NCBI GenBank assembly: GCA_037128175.1
Contig: JBAXWY010000021.1
Coordinates: 1 to 44,478, forward strand
Direction of reading: 5' to 3'
DNA from: Methanothrix sp.
GTDB lineage: Archaea; Halobacteriota; Methanosarcinia; Methanotrichales; Methanotrichaceae
DNA length: 44,478 nucleotides
Under the pieces are notes generated by a model. The model saw only the letters and a list, made by a program, of their open reading frames with translations, was not told where the DNA came from and did not search any database. Each line of letters opens with the position of its first letter. The first letter of the stretch is position 1. Shown here piece after piece: positions 8,986-18,968 of the stretch. The position numbers were made by a program, and so were the translations under genes.

Positions 8986-10698
8986 TTGACAACAGCAAAC
9001 GAGGTCTTAAGTTCCATCCAGTCCGCATTTCCAGGAGCCGTCTTGGACTCCAGGGTGGAATCGGACCGGAGGCTATGGGCCACAATCGACTCTAATAAGA
9101 TTTTGGACGTCTGCAAACACCTGAGTTCTAAGCATAATTTTGATCACTACTCGGGTTCTGCTGGCGTGGACTGGATAGCCAGAAAGGAGATGGAAGTAGT
9201 AGAGATCATGGCCAGCCACGGTGCGCATCAGGTTGTGGCCATGCTGAAAATAAAGACTCCCCGCGAGAATCCTTCCGTCAAATCCTTGACCGGCCTTTAC
9301 TGGAACGCCAACTGGTATGAGCGAGAGATCTGGGAGATGTTTGGCATAAATTTCGAGGGCCATCCCGAACAGTACCCCTTGCTTCTATCTGATGAGCTGA
9401 TGGGCGCCTGGCCCTGGAGAAAGGACTACAAGGGCTATCCCGATCTCACCACGGGCGAAAGGGCGGTAGAGATCACCACCCCGGATGGCTATACGGAATA
9501 CCGCATTCCTCCCACCCCAGCAGAGGTCGAGGCAGGAACGGTCGTAGTAGAGCGTCCCAAGTATCCCTCCTTCCGGGAGAGAGAAGAGTTGGAGATCAAA
9601 TCAGATTCTGAGATGATCATGCACCTGGGTCCTCAGCATGCCATGGTTCCAGGTCCCTTCTTGCTGGATATTCTGGTAGAGGGTGAAAGAGTAAAGAAGG
9701 CCTTCCTCGATCTGGGCTACATCCACAAAGGCATCGAGAAGATCATGGAGAACAGAACCTGGCTGCAGGGCATAACCTACACGGACAGAATGTGCTACGT
9801 GGCCTCTCTCTCCAACAACGAGTGTTACTGTGGTGCCGTAGAGAAGATCCTCGGCCTGGAGGTTCCACAGAGGGCGCAGTACATCCGCGTCATCTTAGAA
9901 GAACTTTCCAGAATTCAAAGCCATCTCATAGGCACAGGCGAGTTCCTTACACTCGTCGCAGGTGTCGGTTACGCACCATGGCAGTACATGATCATGGACA
10001 GAGAGAAGATCATCTCCTTGATTGAGAGCGTTACAGGAGCCCGTCTGACTCACACCTTCGTGCGCTTCGGAGGGGTTAGAAATGACCTTCCGGAAGGCTT
10101 CGCAGAGCAATGCAAAAAGGTATTGCCCTACATGAAGTCAAGGACGGAAGAATTCATTGAGCTCTTTGCACAGGATCCGATTTATTCTGCCAGGATGGAG
10201 AATATAGGTTCCATCACACCCGAGACTGCAAAACGCATGGGTGTGTCCGGACCACCGCTTCGAGCTACGGGTGTTGCCTACGATATGAGGAAAGAGGATC
10301 CCATACTGCTCTATCCTGATCTGGATTTCAAGGTCATAACTGGAACCAGGGGAGACTCTGCCGACAGAATCGATGTCCGGCTGAGAGAGATTTTAGAGAG
10401 CATTCACATCATTGAGCAATGTCTGGACAGAATTCCATCTGGGCCCATCAAGACCGAGGCAAAGATTCCCAAGAAGGTTCCGGCGGGCGAGGCCTACTAC
10501 CGGGTCGAGGATCCCAGAGGCGAGATGGGAATGTATGTGATTAGCGATGGTGGCGACAAGCCCTACAGAGTAAAAGTCAGAGGGCCATTCTACGCTACCT
10601 TCCAGACTTTGACTCCACTCTTAGAGGGTGTCTACATTGCGGATGCAGTAGCCATTGCCGGTAGCATGGACGGCTGCCCATCCGAGGCGGATAGGTAG
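8986..10698 (+). CDS. fpoCD: Fused Fpo subunit C/D
   Basis: NuoC motif WYEREIWEMFGINFEGHP followed in frame by NuoD motifs GPQH, GYIHKGIEK, DRMCY, EDPRGEMG. TTG 8986 follows SD AGGAGG. Confidence 0.93.
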   Translation: MTTANEVLSSIQSAFPGAVLDSRVESDRRLWATIDSNKILDVCKHLSSKHNFDHYSGSAGVDWIARKEMEVVEIMASHGAHQVVAMLKIKTPRENPSVKSLTGLYWNANWYEREIWEMFGINFEGHPEQYPLLLSDELMGAWPWRKDYKGYPDLTTGERAVEITTPDGYTEYRIPPTPAEVEAGTVVVERPKYPSFREREELEIKSDSEMIMHLGPQHAMVPGPFLLDILVEGERVKKAFLDLGYIHKGIEKIMENRTWLQGITYTDRMCYVASLSNNECYCGAVEKILGLEVPQRAQYIRVILEELSRIQSHLIGTGEFLTLVAGVGYAPWQYMIMDREKIISLIESVTGARLTHTFVRFGGVRNDLPEGFAEQCKKVLPYMKSRTEEFIELFAQDPIYSARMENIGSITPETAKRMGVSGPPLRATGVAYDMRKEDPILLYPDLDFKVITGTRGDSADRIDVRLREILESIHIIEQCLDRIPSGPIKTEAKIPKKVPAGEAYYRVEDPRGEMGMYVISDGGDKPYRVKVRGPFYATFQTLTPLLEGVYIADAVAIAGSMDGCPSEADR

Positions 10699-10710
10699 GA
10701 GGGAGAGGAT

Positions 10711-11763
10711 TTGGATGGAATAATAGAGATCATCACTCAATTCGCCGCAGAGGAGCCGGCGATATTCGCCCTGATTATCGGCATTATCGGTGCTGCGGTT
10801 ATCTCTGGTGTGGTCAACGTTGGAGCCATGCTAGTGATCTGGGGCGAGAGAAAGGTGCTGAGTGATTTCTGCAATAGGTATGGCCCCAATCGTGTGGGCG
10901 GAAGATGGGGCATACTGCAGCTTGGTGCCGATGCCATTAAGCTCTTCACCAAAGAAGATATCATTCCTGGTGATGCTGATAAGGCGGTCTATGTCTGGGC
11001 ACCGATAGTTGCATCCATGGCTACCATGCTCGTGGCAGTGGCCATTCCTTTCGGGGCACTTCATATAAACGGCAAAGATTATCCGCTGGTAGTGGCAAAT
11101 ATGGATATCAGTGCCCTCTACGTAGAGGCAGCCTTAAGCCTGATGGCCATAGCCGTTTTCATGGCAGGCTATAGCTCCAACAATAAGTATTCAATTCTGG
11201 GCGCCTTCCGAGGCATTGCCAGAATGATTGCTTACGAGGTTCCCATGGGTGTCTGCGTCATTTCCGTGGCGGTCATGGCTCATAGCCTCAACCTGGTGGA
11301 GATCGTAGAGAGCCAGACGGTTTGGTATGCCTTTGCTCAGCCCCTGGGATTTGTCATTTTCGTTATTGCCTTGATCACCGATTTAGGAAGAATTCCCTTC
11401 GATCAGAGCGAGGCAGAAGAAGAGATCATATCCGGTTACAATACCGAGTACAGCGGAATTCGCTGGGGTCTGCTCTACTTCCAGGAGTACAATAACGCGC
11501 TCTTGGGATCCATACTGCTGACACTCTTATTCCTGGGCGGCTGGCATGGACCGATCATACCCATACCGATCCTGGACATAATCTCTCCTTTGATCTGGCT
11601 TTTCATGAAGGTGGTAATCGTACTGTGGTTCTTCATTTGGGTCAGAAGCTCGCTCTTCCGCCTGCGCATCGATCAGGTAACCGACTTCGGGTGGAAGTGG
11701 ATGCTGCCGCTCTCCCTGCTGAATTTGGGATGGGCAGTCCTAATCGGGTCCTACTTTGCATGA
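10711..11763 (+). CDS. fpoH: Fpo subunit H
   Basis: ERKV..RYGPNRVG, ADAIKLFTKE, RIPFD..EAEEE..GYNTEYSG, RLRIDQ. Confidence 0.96.
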   Translation: MDGIIEIITQFAAEEPAIFALIIGIIGAAVISGVVNVGAMLVIWGERKVLSDFCNRYGPNRVGGRWGILQLGADAIKLFTKEDIIPGDADKAVYVWAPIVASMATMLVAVAIPFGALHINGKDYPLVVANMDISALYVEAALSLMAIAVFMAGYSSNNKYSILGAFRGIARMIAYEVPMGVCVISVAVMAHSLNLVEIVESQTVWYAFAQPLGFVIFVIALITDLGRIPFDQSEAEEEIISGYNTEYSGIRWGLLYFQEYNNALLGSILLTLLFLGGWHGPIIPIPILDIISPLIWLFMKVVIVLWFFIWVRSSLFRLRIDQVTDFGWKWMLPLSLLNLGWAVLIGSYFA

Positions 11764-11775
11764 GGTGGCATTGAG

Positions 11776-12375
11776 ATGTTGAAGATAAAGTTATTAAAGA
11801 ACTTCAGCTGGCCTTTGAAGATAGCCACGCAGGAAATCGAGATCACAAGGCTCTATCCAGAGAAAATGATGGAGCTTCCTGCTGCGGAGAGAGGCATTCA
11901 TGAGCTGGATGCTACCACATGCATCGGGTGTTCATCCTGCGCCAGGGTTTGTCCCAACAACTGCATTGAGATGGTCCATTTCAAATTCGGGAGCCCTCTC
12001 AAGAACAAGAAGATGCAGTTTCCGCAAATTGACTTTGGCAGATGCATGTTCTGCGGGCTATGCGTGGACGAGTGCCCAGTGGAATGCCTGAAAATGGGCA
12101 AAAAGGTCATAATGGCTGGCTGGGAGCGCAAAGACATAATAAAGGGTCCTGAATTCCTGGCGACGAAGAGGTTCTCTGCCAAAGAGGTAACTGATCTCGA
12201 GGCTGAGGGCAAGAGGATTGCTGCCGAGAAAGCCGCTGCCAAGAAGGCGGCTGATGCCAAAAAGGCGGCGGAAGCTAAAAATGCCTCGAAAGAAGGCGCA
12301 GCTGATGCCAATGGGGCAGCCAATAAAAAGGCAGCTGCAACTGAGGCCAAGCCTAAGGAAGGAGGTGCTGCCTGA
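11776..12375 (+). CDS. fpoI: Fpo subunit I, 2x[4Fe-4S], with Lys/Ala-rich C-terminal extension
   Basis: CIGCSSCARVCP and CMFCGLCVDECP, followed by the tail AAEKAAAKKAADAKKAAEAK. Confidence 0.95.
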   Translation: MLKIKLLKNFSWPLKIATQEIEITRLYPEKMMELPAAERGIHELDATTCIGCSSCARVCPNNCIEMVHFKFGSPLKNKKMQFPQIDFGRCMFCGLCVDECPVECLKMGKKVIMAGWERKDIIKGPEFLATKRFSAKEVTDLEAEGKRIAAEKAAAKKAADAKKAAEAKNASKEGAADANGAANKKAAATEAKPKEGGAA

Positions 12376-12803
12376 TGTCGCAAAAGTCGGGCGCAAATGT
12401 TATTCGGACAATCTTCGAGCTACTAGTTTTGCTTTTAGCTCTGGGTGTGATCTTCGGTGGCCTGGCGTTGATTGTAATTCTATCGCCCTGGTCGCAAACG
12501 GTCTTGGATAAGCTATTGGCCTACGATATACGATTTGCCATTGAGCTTTTGGCCTTCCTGGCTATAGCTGCAATCATCGTGATATTATCGGCTCTTGTCG
12601 TCTACGCCAAAAATATAGTTCACAGCGCTCTTTACCTGCTGGGAAGCTTTGCAGGCGTGGCCGCTTTGTACATATCCCTGAATGCTCCCTTCGTGGGTGT
12701 GGCTCAGATTCTGGTGTACATTGGAGCCGTCGGAGTTCTGATACTCTTCGCCGTGATGCTCACGAGGAAGACGATAATGGAGGAGTCCCATGGTGAAATT
12801 TAA
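12375..12803 (+). CDS. fpoJ: Fpo subunit J, N-terminal half
   Basis: NIVHSALYL, AQILVYIGAVGVLILFAVML NuoJ motifs, plus about 50 aa of extra hydrophobic N-terminus. Confidence 0.9.
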   Translation: MSQKSGANVIRTIFELLVLLLALGVIFGGLALIVILSPWSQTVLDKLLAYDIRFAIELLAFLAIAAIIVILSALVVYAKNIVHSALYLLGSFAGVAALYISLNAPFVGVAQILVYIGAVGVLILFAVMLTRKTIMEESHGEI

Positions 12804-13053
12804 GATAATTATCATAACCCTGGCCTTCCTGGCGGCTCTCTTCGCTTCGTTCTCCCTTACCGATTGGGGGGCCAGCGAAAAACAGCCGACAAGTTATGAG
12901 CCTCAGGAGGGATTGAGGTTGCCGGAGAGCGGCATTGGAGACGTGGGATTGGAGATATTCACCTCTTACGTCTTTGCTTTTGAGATCTTGGCCCTGGTCT
13001 TGACGGCTGCCTTGGTCGGAGCGGTTTGGGTCGCACGAAAGGAGGTTGCCTGA
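12790..13053 (+). CDS. fpoJ: Fpo subunit J, C-terminal half (J2)
   Basis: [34 protein letters not shown] matches the NuoJ C-terminus. Confidence 0.88.
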   Translation: MVKFKIIIITLAFLAALFASFSLTDWGASEKQPTSYEPQEGLRLPESGIGDVGLEIFTSYVFAFEILALVLTAALVGAVWVARKEVA

Positions 13054-13091
13054 GGAGGGCGACAACCGATGACAAGGAGGGAGATTTACCG

Positions 13092-13394
13092 ATGATACCG
13101 TTGGAGCTTTATATACTGCTGGCATCCACGATGTTCACCATCGGCTTGTACGGACTCTTTACTCAAAAGAACGGTGTCAAGCTTATGATGTGCATCGAGC
13201 TCTTGCTCAATAGCGCCAACATCAATCTTGTCGCCTTCTCGGCGTACCAGCCTAATGTGAATGGCCAGGTCTTTGCCCTGTTCTCCATTGCGCTGGCAGC
13301 GGCTGAAGCAGGTGTTGGATTTGCGATATTGATTGCGCTGTACAGGCTATACGGAACTATTGACCTGGACAACATTAACGCCATGAGGTGGTAA
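13092..13394 (+). CDS. fpoK: Fpo subunit K
   Basis: [36 protein letters not shown]. Start re-assigned to MIPLELY. Confidence 0.95.
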   Translation: MIPLELYILLASTMFTIGLYGLFTQKNGVKLMMCIELLLNSANINLVAFSAYQPNVNGQVFALFSIALAAAEAGVGFAILIALYRLYGTIDLDNINAMRW

Positions 13395-13397
13395 GGA

Positions 13398-15440
13398 ATG
13401 TATGCCGATTATGCATATTTGATTGTAGCCCTTCCTGTACTGGCCTTCTTGCTATGCCTATTCGTTGGCTGGCATCTGCCCAGAGGCGGAGGCTTCCTTA
13501 CCGTTCTGGCGACATTTGCAGGTCTTGTATTATCTCTGGGGATATTCTCGGAGATATATCCGGATAAGATAATTCATCAGTCCATGCCCTGGTTCGCCAA
13601 TTTCAACGTGGGCATACTGATTGATCCACTGGCGCTTGTGATGCTTCTCATGGTAACCTTCGTGGTTACACTCATCCACATCTATGCCAATGGATACATG
13701 AATGGAGATCCGGGCGCAGCCAGATACTTCGCTGAGGCGGCACTTTTTACCGCTTCCATGCTGGGCCTGATCTTTGCCGATAACCTGCTTCAGCTCTTCA
13801 TATTCTGGGAGCTGGTGGGACTGTGTTCGTATCTTTTGATCGGCTTTTGGTACCGAAAGCCCTCGGCTGCCGCTGCAGCTAAGAAGGCTTTCCTGACAAC
13901 GCGCGTGGGAGACGTTCTTTTCCTGGCAGGCATAATTCTGCTCTACAATAACCTGGCCAACCTGAACCTCGCTCTCAAACCCGGAGAATACCTCTTGCAG
14001 TTCCCGGTGATCTACGCTCATATCTCACAGATCGCTCCGGATCAACTGACTTTGATCGCTCTGGGACTCTTGGGCGGCGCAGTGGGCAAATCCGGTCAGT
14101 TTCCCCTGCATGTCTGGCTTCCTGATGCCATGGAGGGTCCAACCACCGTATCCGCCATGATCCACGCTGCGACCATGGTTACAGCAGGTGTTTACCTGGT
14201 GGCCAGAATGTTTCCGCTCTTCTACGCCGCGCCCCATGGGCTGACGGCCGTAGCAGCAGTAGGTGCATTCACAGCTCTATTTGCAGCAACCATGGGCCTG
14301 ACTTCCTTCGATATCAAGAGGGTGCTGGCCTTTTCCACCGTCTCGCAGCTCGGCTTTATGATGGCCGGCCTGGGAGTGGGCGCAGCAGTAGGAACCTTTG
14401 CCGTGGGAGTTTCTATCTTTCACCTCATCGGCCATTCTTTCTTCAAAGCGCTGCTCTTCCTTTGCGCCGGATCCGTAATTCATGCCGTTAATACTAACGA
14501 TATGCGGGAAATGGGTGGCGTAGGAAAATACATGAAGTGGACCATGTACACCATGCTCATAGGCTCTCTCTCTTTGGCAGGATTCCCCTTATTTACGGGC
14601 TTCTTCTCCAAGGACGAGATCATAGTAATCGCTTATGAGTACGGTACGCTGATCAACTTCCTGCCCTACATATTCCTGGTCTTAGCCGCCGTTCTGACTG
14701 CTATCTACACCTTCAGAATGTGGTTCTCGGTCTTTACCGGAAAGGAAAGATCAGACTACGGCAAACACGAGTCTCCCTGGGTTATGCTTGGGCCGCTGGT
14801 GATCTTAGCTGTATTTGCCTTAGGATTCGGCTATGTGGCGCAAGAGGACTTCTACAGTTACCTTGACTCCAACTTCAAGCATTACGATCTCGACTTTGTT
14901 GAACTGGGCGTAATCGGAGGCCATGCGCTGGAAGAGCACGTCGCTCCAGCCGCGGAAGGCGAGCTTGTCGCTGCTAAAGGAGAGCACGAAGCTGCTGCCA
15001 GCGAAAGAGAAGCGGGCGGAGAGGAAGGACCGGGAGAGCCCTGGTACATCCAGATACTGCCAATCATTGTTGCTATTGGCGGCATTCTTACAGCTATGTT
15101 GTTCTACTGGGATAAAGTCAAGAAGTTTGACCCAAGCCAGGTTACCGGTGACAAGGATCCCATTAGGAAATTGCTGCTCAAGGGATACTACCAGCATGAA
15201 ATCATGACTGGCTGGTTCGCGGAAACGGTAGTCTACGGCACGGCTTTGATCTGCAATACGATCGACATCAAGCTCGTAGACGGCTGGTTGAACTGGCTCT
15301 CTGCTTTGGTTTTGGGCTTTGCACAGCATGTAAGAAAGGTTCAGACCGGCATAGTGCAAAACTATGTTACGGCGCTGGTGCTGGGAGTTGTGGTGCTGGT
15401 GGTTGTAATTACTCTGGCTAAGGAGGTGGGCCTGGTATGA
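13398..15440 (+). CDS. fpoL: Fpo subunit L
   Basis: WELVGLCSYLLIGFW, GKSGQFPLHVWLPDAMEGPTTVSAMIHAATMV, HSFFKALLFL. Confidence 0.96.
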   Translation: MYADYAYLIVALPVLAFLLCLFVGWHLPRGGGFLTVLATFAGLVLSLGIFSEIYPDKIIHQSMPWFANFNVGILIDPLALVMLLMVTFVVTLIHIYANGYMNGDPGAARYFAEAALFTASMLGLIFADNLLQLFIFWELVGLCSYLLIGFWYRKPSAAAAAKKAFLTTRVGDVLFLAGIILLYNNLANLNLALKPGEYLLQFPVIYAHISQIAPDQLTLIALGLLGGAVGKSGQFPLHVWLPDAMEGPTTVSAMIHAATMVTAGVYLVARMFPLFYAAPHGLTAVAAVGAFTALFAATMGLTSFDIKRVLAFSTVSQLGFMMAGLGVGAAVGTFAVGVSIFHLIGHSFFKALLFLCAGSVIHAVNTNDMREMGGVGKYMKWTMYTMLIGSLSLAGFPLFTGFFSKDEIIVIAYEYGTLINFLPYIFLVLAAVLTAIYTFRMWFSVFTGKERSDYGKHESPWVMLGPLVILAVFALGFGYVAQEDFYSYLDSNFKHYDLDFVELGVIGGHALEEHVAPAAEGELVAAKGEHEAAASEREAGGEEGPGEPWYIQILPIIVAIGGILTAMLFYWDKVKKFDPSQVTGDKDPIRKLLLKGYYQHEIMTGWFAETVVYGTALICNTIDIKLVDGWLNWLSALVLGFAQHVRKVQTGIVQNYVTALVLGVVVLVVVITLAKEVGLV

Positions 15441-16939
15441 TCTCAAACGTAATCTCGCTATTGATTGCCATTCCCCTTCTGGGGGCGGTGATATCCTTCT
15501 ATGCGGGAACCAAGGCCAAATTCGTGGCCCTAATCGCCTCGCTTATACCTTTAGCCCTATCCCTGCAAATGTACATGGAGTTTGACAAAACTTCGAAGAT
15601 AATGCAGTTTGTGGAGAGCTACAACTGGGTTCCTTCCCTTGGCGTCAAGTACACTGTGGGCATCGACGGCATAGGCTTTCCCTTAGTTCTGCTTTCTACA
15701 ATAGTATCCGTACTGGTAATAATATACTCCTGGGGAGAGACAAAGAAGCCTAACCAGTACTTTGCCCTGCTTCTGCTCAATGAAGTGGGCGTGCTAGGTG
15801 TCTTTACATCTCTGGACTTCTTCCTCTTCTACATCTTCTGGGAGATTGTGCTCATACCCATGTTCTTCCTAATTGGATCGTGGGGCGGACCGAGAAAAGA
15901 CTACGCTGCAGTCAAGTTCTTCATCTACACCCACGTGGCAAGCCTGGTGATGCTGCTGGCTATCTTCGCCCTGTACTTCACCTACCAGATGCCCGACGGG
16001 TCGAGAACTTTCGATATGCTGACCTTGCTGGCAGCAACAGCAGACAAGACCATATTCCCAACCAGCATGCTCAATATCATCTTCGCTGGACTGCTTCTGG
16101 GATTTCTGGTCAAGATGCCTGCCTTCCCCTTCCATACCTGGCTGCCGGATGCCCACGTCGAGGCACCCACAGCCGGTTCGGTCGTGCTGGCAGCTCTGCT
16201 GCTTAAGATGGGCGGATACGGCCTCTTCCGGGTCATATTGCCCATGCTCCCCCATGTCGACAAGGCATTCGTGACCATCATCGCCATCATCGCGGTGATA
16301 TCTATCGTCTACGGAGCCTTCATGGCGCTGGCACAGAAGGATATCAAGAAGCTGGTAGCATACTCATCCGTCAGCCACATGGGCTTTGTCACACTCGGTG
16401 CTGTGGCCTTCACCTGGATGTCGGTTACCGGAGCTATGTTCCAGCAGTTCTCGCACGGCATCATCACCTGCGTCCTGTTCATGTCCGCTGGTACCATCCA
16501 GCACGTGGTGGGGACCAGGGTTATTGCCGATCTCGGTGGCCTGGCTGATCGCATGCCCAAGTTCGCAGTCATCATGATGGCCGGATTCATGGCCTCCCTG
16601 GGACTGCCGGGTATGAGCGGCTTCGTGGCCGAGTTCATGGTCCTGACCGGGTCGTTTGCAACGTTGCCAGTCTACACCATGATCGTGGTCTTCCTAAGCA
16701 TAGTTACAACGGCTGCTTATCACCTCTGGGCCCTGCAAAAGGCTATGTTCGGACCGATATTGAAGAAGTACATGAATGTGCATGAACCACATGCCTACGA
16801 GCTGTTCTCCATGGCCATGATCATAGTTCTCTCTTTGATCTTCGGTCTACAACCCGGTCTGATCACAGATATAATGGGAACAGCGGCAACTCAGGTCATG
16901 GAGCCTGTAATGACCCTGACCCAGATGGGGGTGATCTGA
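15437..16939 (+). CDS. fpoM: Fpo subunit M
   Basis: FWEIVLIPMFFLI, KMPAFPFHTWLPDAHVEAPT, LLKMGGYG, AYSSVSHMG. Confidence 0.96.
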   Translation: MISNVISLLIAIPLLGAVISFYAGTKAKFVALIASLIPLALSLQMYMEFDKTSKIMQFVESYNWVPSLGVKYTVGIDGIGFPLVLLSTIVSVLVIIYSWGETKKPNQYFALLLLNEVGVLGVFTSLDFFLFYIFWEIVLIPMFFLIGSWGGPRKDYAAVKFFIYTHVASLVMLLAIFALYFTYQMPDGSRTFDMLTLLAATADKTIFPTSMLNIIFAGLLLGFLVKMPAFPFHTWLPDAHVEAPTAGSVVLAALLLKMGGYGLFRVILPMLPHVDKAFVTIIAIIAVISIVYGAFMALAQKDIKKLVAYSSVSHMGFVTLGAVAFTWMSVTGAMFQQFSHGIITCVLFMSAGTIQHVVGTRVIADLGGLADRMPKFAVIMMAGFMASLGLPGMSGFVAEFMVLTGSFATLPVYTMIVVFLSIVTTAAYHLWALQKAMFGPILKKYMNVHEPHAYELFSMAMIIVLSLIFGLQPGLITDIMGTAATQVMEPVMTLTQMGVI

Positions 16940-16940
16940 A

Positions 16941-18437
16941 GTGGAATTTTCACACTACGCACCCCTCTGGGGAGAAGCGCTACTAACAATCCTGGCAGTG
17001 CTCGTTGTACTGCTGGGATCCCTGATGAAGAACAGCGGCAAGCTCATGGGATACCTGAGCGCAGCCGGGCTGGTGGCAGCTCTGGCGCTGGTGGCCTCCA
17101 ATTTGACCATCAAGCCAACTCTGTTCTTCTTTGATACCATCTCGGTTGATGCCCTGTCTCAGTTCTTCAAGGTCGTCTTCCTGGTAGTATCGCTGCTGGT
17201 AGTAATAGCCTCCATGTCCAAATACACGGGAAAGGGCGCAGACGAGTACTTTGCACTGCTGCTCTTTGCCACCGTGGGCATGATGGTGGTCTCCAGCTCC
17301 GTTGACATCATCACCCTGTTCGTGGGCTTTGAGCTGGCCAGCCTGTCCACCTATGCCCTGGCGGCCTTTGATAGAAGCCGTAAGAACCTGGAAGCGGCCA
17401 TGAAGTATTTCATCTTCGGCTCTGTCGCTTCTGCGTTCATGCTCTTCGGCTTCTCGCTGCTCTACGGCATGGCAGGATCTACTCATCTCGTGGATATCGC
17501 CGCAGCCTCCCTGGCTAACTTTGGCCCGGCAACGCTGGTGGCTTTGCTCTTCGTCATAGTAGGATTTGGCTTCAAGATGGCACTGGTGCCCTTCCATATG
17601 TGGGCCCCGGATACCTACGAGGGCGCACCGCCCCTGGTCTCGGCGCTTCTGGCTGCCGGCTCCAAGAAGATGGGCTTTGTCGCTGCCTTCAGGGTAATTC
17701 TCATTGCCCTGGTGGCTCTGCGCATGGAATGGTACATGGCCTTCGCCATCCTGGCCGCCGTGACCATGACGCTCGGTAACCTTGCGGCCTGCTGGCAAAA
17801 CAATGTGCGGCGCATACTGGCATACTCTTCCATTGCTCAGGCGGGCTACATCGCCATCGCCTTCGTAGTGGTGGGCGCGGCTTATGGAGCTGCTCCGGTT
17901 AATGTGCTGAACATGGGGCAGATTCGAGCCGATCAGTTGGGCATTGCCGGCGCGCTGCTGCTCATCCTGGGACACGCTCTCATGAAGACGGGAGCCTTCA
18001 TCGGCACGGCATTGGTCGCGAGTAATGTGTCCAAGGAAAGCGAAACCGACCCGGATGACATATCCAACTATGCCGGTCTTGCCAAGAGGGCGCCCATAAC
18101 CGCGTTTTGCATGCTCATCTTCATGTTTGCGCTGGCGGGCATACCCCCCACGGCGGGATACATCGGCAAGTTCGTGCTCTTCAGCTCGGCCATTTATTCC
18201 GGTCTGGTCTGGCTGGCAGTGCTGGCCATCCTCAACAGCGCTCTGTCGCTGGTGTACTACCTGAGGATAATCAGCTACATGTACCTCAAGGAAGCAGCCG
18301 GCCCCAAGATCAAAGAGCAGAAAGGATATGTGGTAGCACTCGTCCTGACGCTTTTGGCAGTGGTCTGGATCGGTGTCTTCCCAGAGGCATTCATCAACTG
18401 GGCAATGCAGGCAGCAGCAGTTCTGCTGCCTCAATAA
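16941..18437 (+). CDS. fpoN: Fpo subunit N
   Basis: ELASLSTYAL, EAAMKYF, FKMALVPFHMWAPDTYEGAP, RILAYSSIAQAGY. Confidence 0.96.
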   Translation: MEFSHYAPLWGEALLTILAVLVVLLGSLMKNSGKLMGYLSAAGLVAALALVASNLTIKPTLFFFDTISVDALSQFFKVVFLVVSLLVVIASMSKYTGKGADEYFALLLFATVGMMVVSSSVDIITLFVGFELASLSTYALAAFDRSRKNLEAAMKYFIFGSVASAFMLFGFSLLYGMAGSTHLVDIAAASLANFGPATLVALLFVIVGFGFKMALVPFHMWAPDTYEGAPPLVSALLAAGSKKMGFVAAFRVILIALVALRMEWYMAFAILAAVTMTLGNLAACWQNNVRRILAYSSIAQAGYIAIAFVVVGAAYGAAPVNVLNMGQIRADQLGIAGALLLILGHALMKTGAFIGTALVASNVSKESETDPDDISNYAGLAKRAPITAFCMLIFMFALAGIPPTAGYIGKFVLFSSAIYSGLVWLAVLAILNSALSLVYYLRIISYMYLKEAAGPKIKEQKGYVVALVLTLLAVVWIGVFPEAFINWAMQAAAVLLPQ

Positions 18438-18439
18438 AA

Positions 18440-18460
18440 TTTTTTCGGTTTTTTGGTTTT
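18440..18460 (+). terminator. Oligo-T archaeal terminator of the fpo operon
   Basis: Three consecutive T-tracts immediately after the fpoN stop. Confidence 0.6.
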
Positions 18461-18533
18461 GCTATTCTCCACCTCGATCTTTCCTATTTATTCATAACAG
18501 GATTGCGCCTTGTAGTCGGCGATCGTGGTTTCC

Positions 18534-18601
18534 GACTTCGCGCCATTCGGGGCTTCCCGCGATATCCTGTGTATCACACGAAGACGCGAAGACGCGAAGT
18601 C
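18534..18601. repeat. Imperfect palindrome with CGAAGACG sub-repeats (REP-like)
   Basis: Terminal arms GACTTCGCG / CGCGAAGTC and internal CACGAAGACGCGAAGACGCGAAG. Confidence 0.65.
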
Positions 18602-18787
18602 TCGACGAGAGTGGGTCAATTCTTACCACATCTTTATGTGATCGAAGGTTTTAGATTATGGTGATGGAGGAAGCTGGAATGGGAAAAAGATCGAAGTTGC
18701 TTACGCCACCAATGGATGTATGTACGACCACATCTTAGGAACTTCCTACGTGGGACGCAGATGCAGTAGTTAACGATCTTCAGCCAT

Positions 18788-18938
18788 AGCGGCAACGCCT
18801 GGCTAACCAAGGGCAACGACGATGGCGACATCGTCCGGCTGCCCTTCCACGTCTTTCCGCAGCCGCACGAGGCCGCCGCCCACACATGCGCGGGGGGGCC
18901 GCACAGGCGTCCACGAGAAGGAATAAATAATTTGTAGT
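18788..18938 (+). repeat. GC-rich TA-array repeat, copy 1
   Basis: CAGCCGCACGAGGCCGCCGCCCACACA...ACGAGAAGGAATAAATAATTTG is shared with copy 3, and CATCGTCCGGC is shared with copy 5. Confidence 0.85.
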
Positions 18939-18968
18939 TCTTCTCGATCGGGGTGGACTGCTCATGGA

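Noticed and set aside
8986-10698. Group 4 [NiFe]-hydrogenase large subunit
   Set aside because: Lacks both CxxC Ni-binding motifs (DRMCY and DGCPSE have single Cys), so it is an Fpo/Nuo-type subunit.
16983-18434. 483-aa minus-strand ORF, and other long antisense ORFs over the fpo genes
   Set aside because: Shadow frames of GC3-rich membrane-protein genes; His/Gln/Glu-biased with no motifs.
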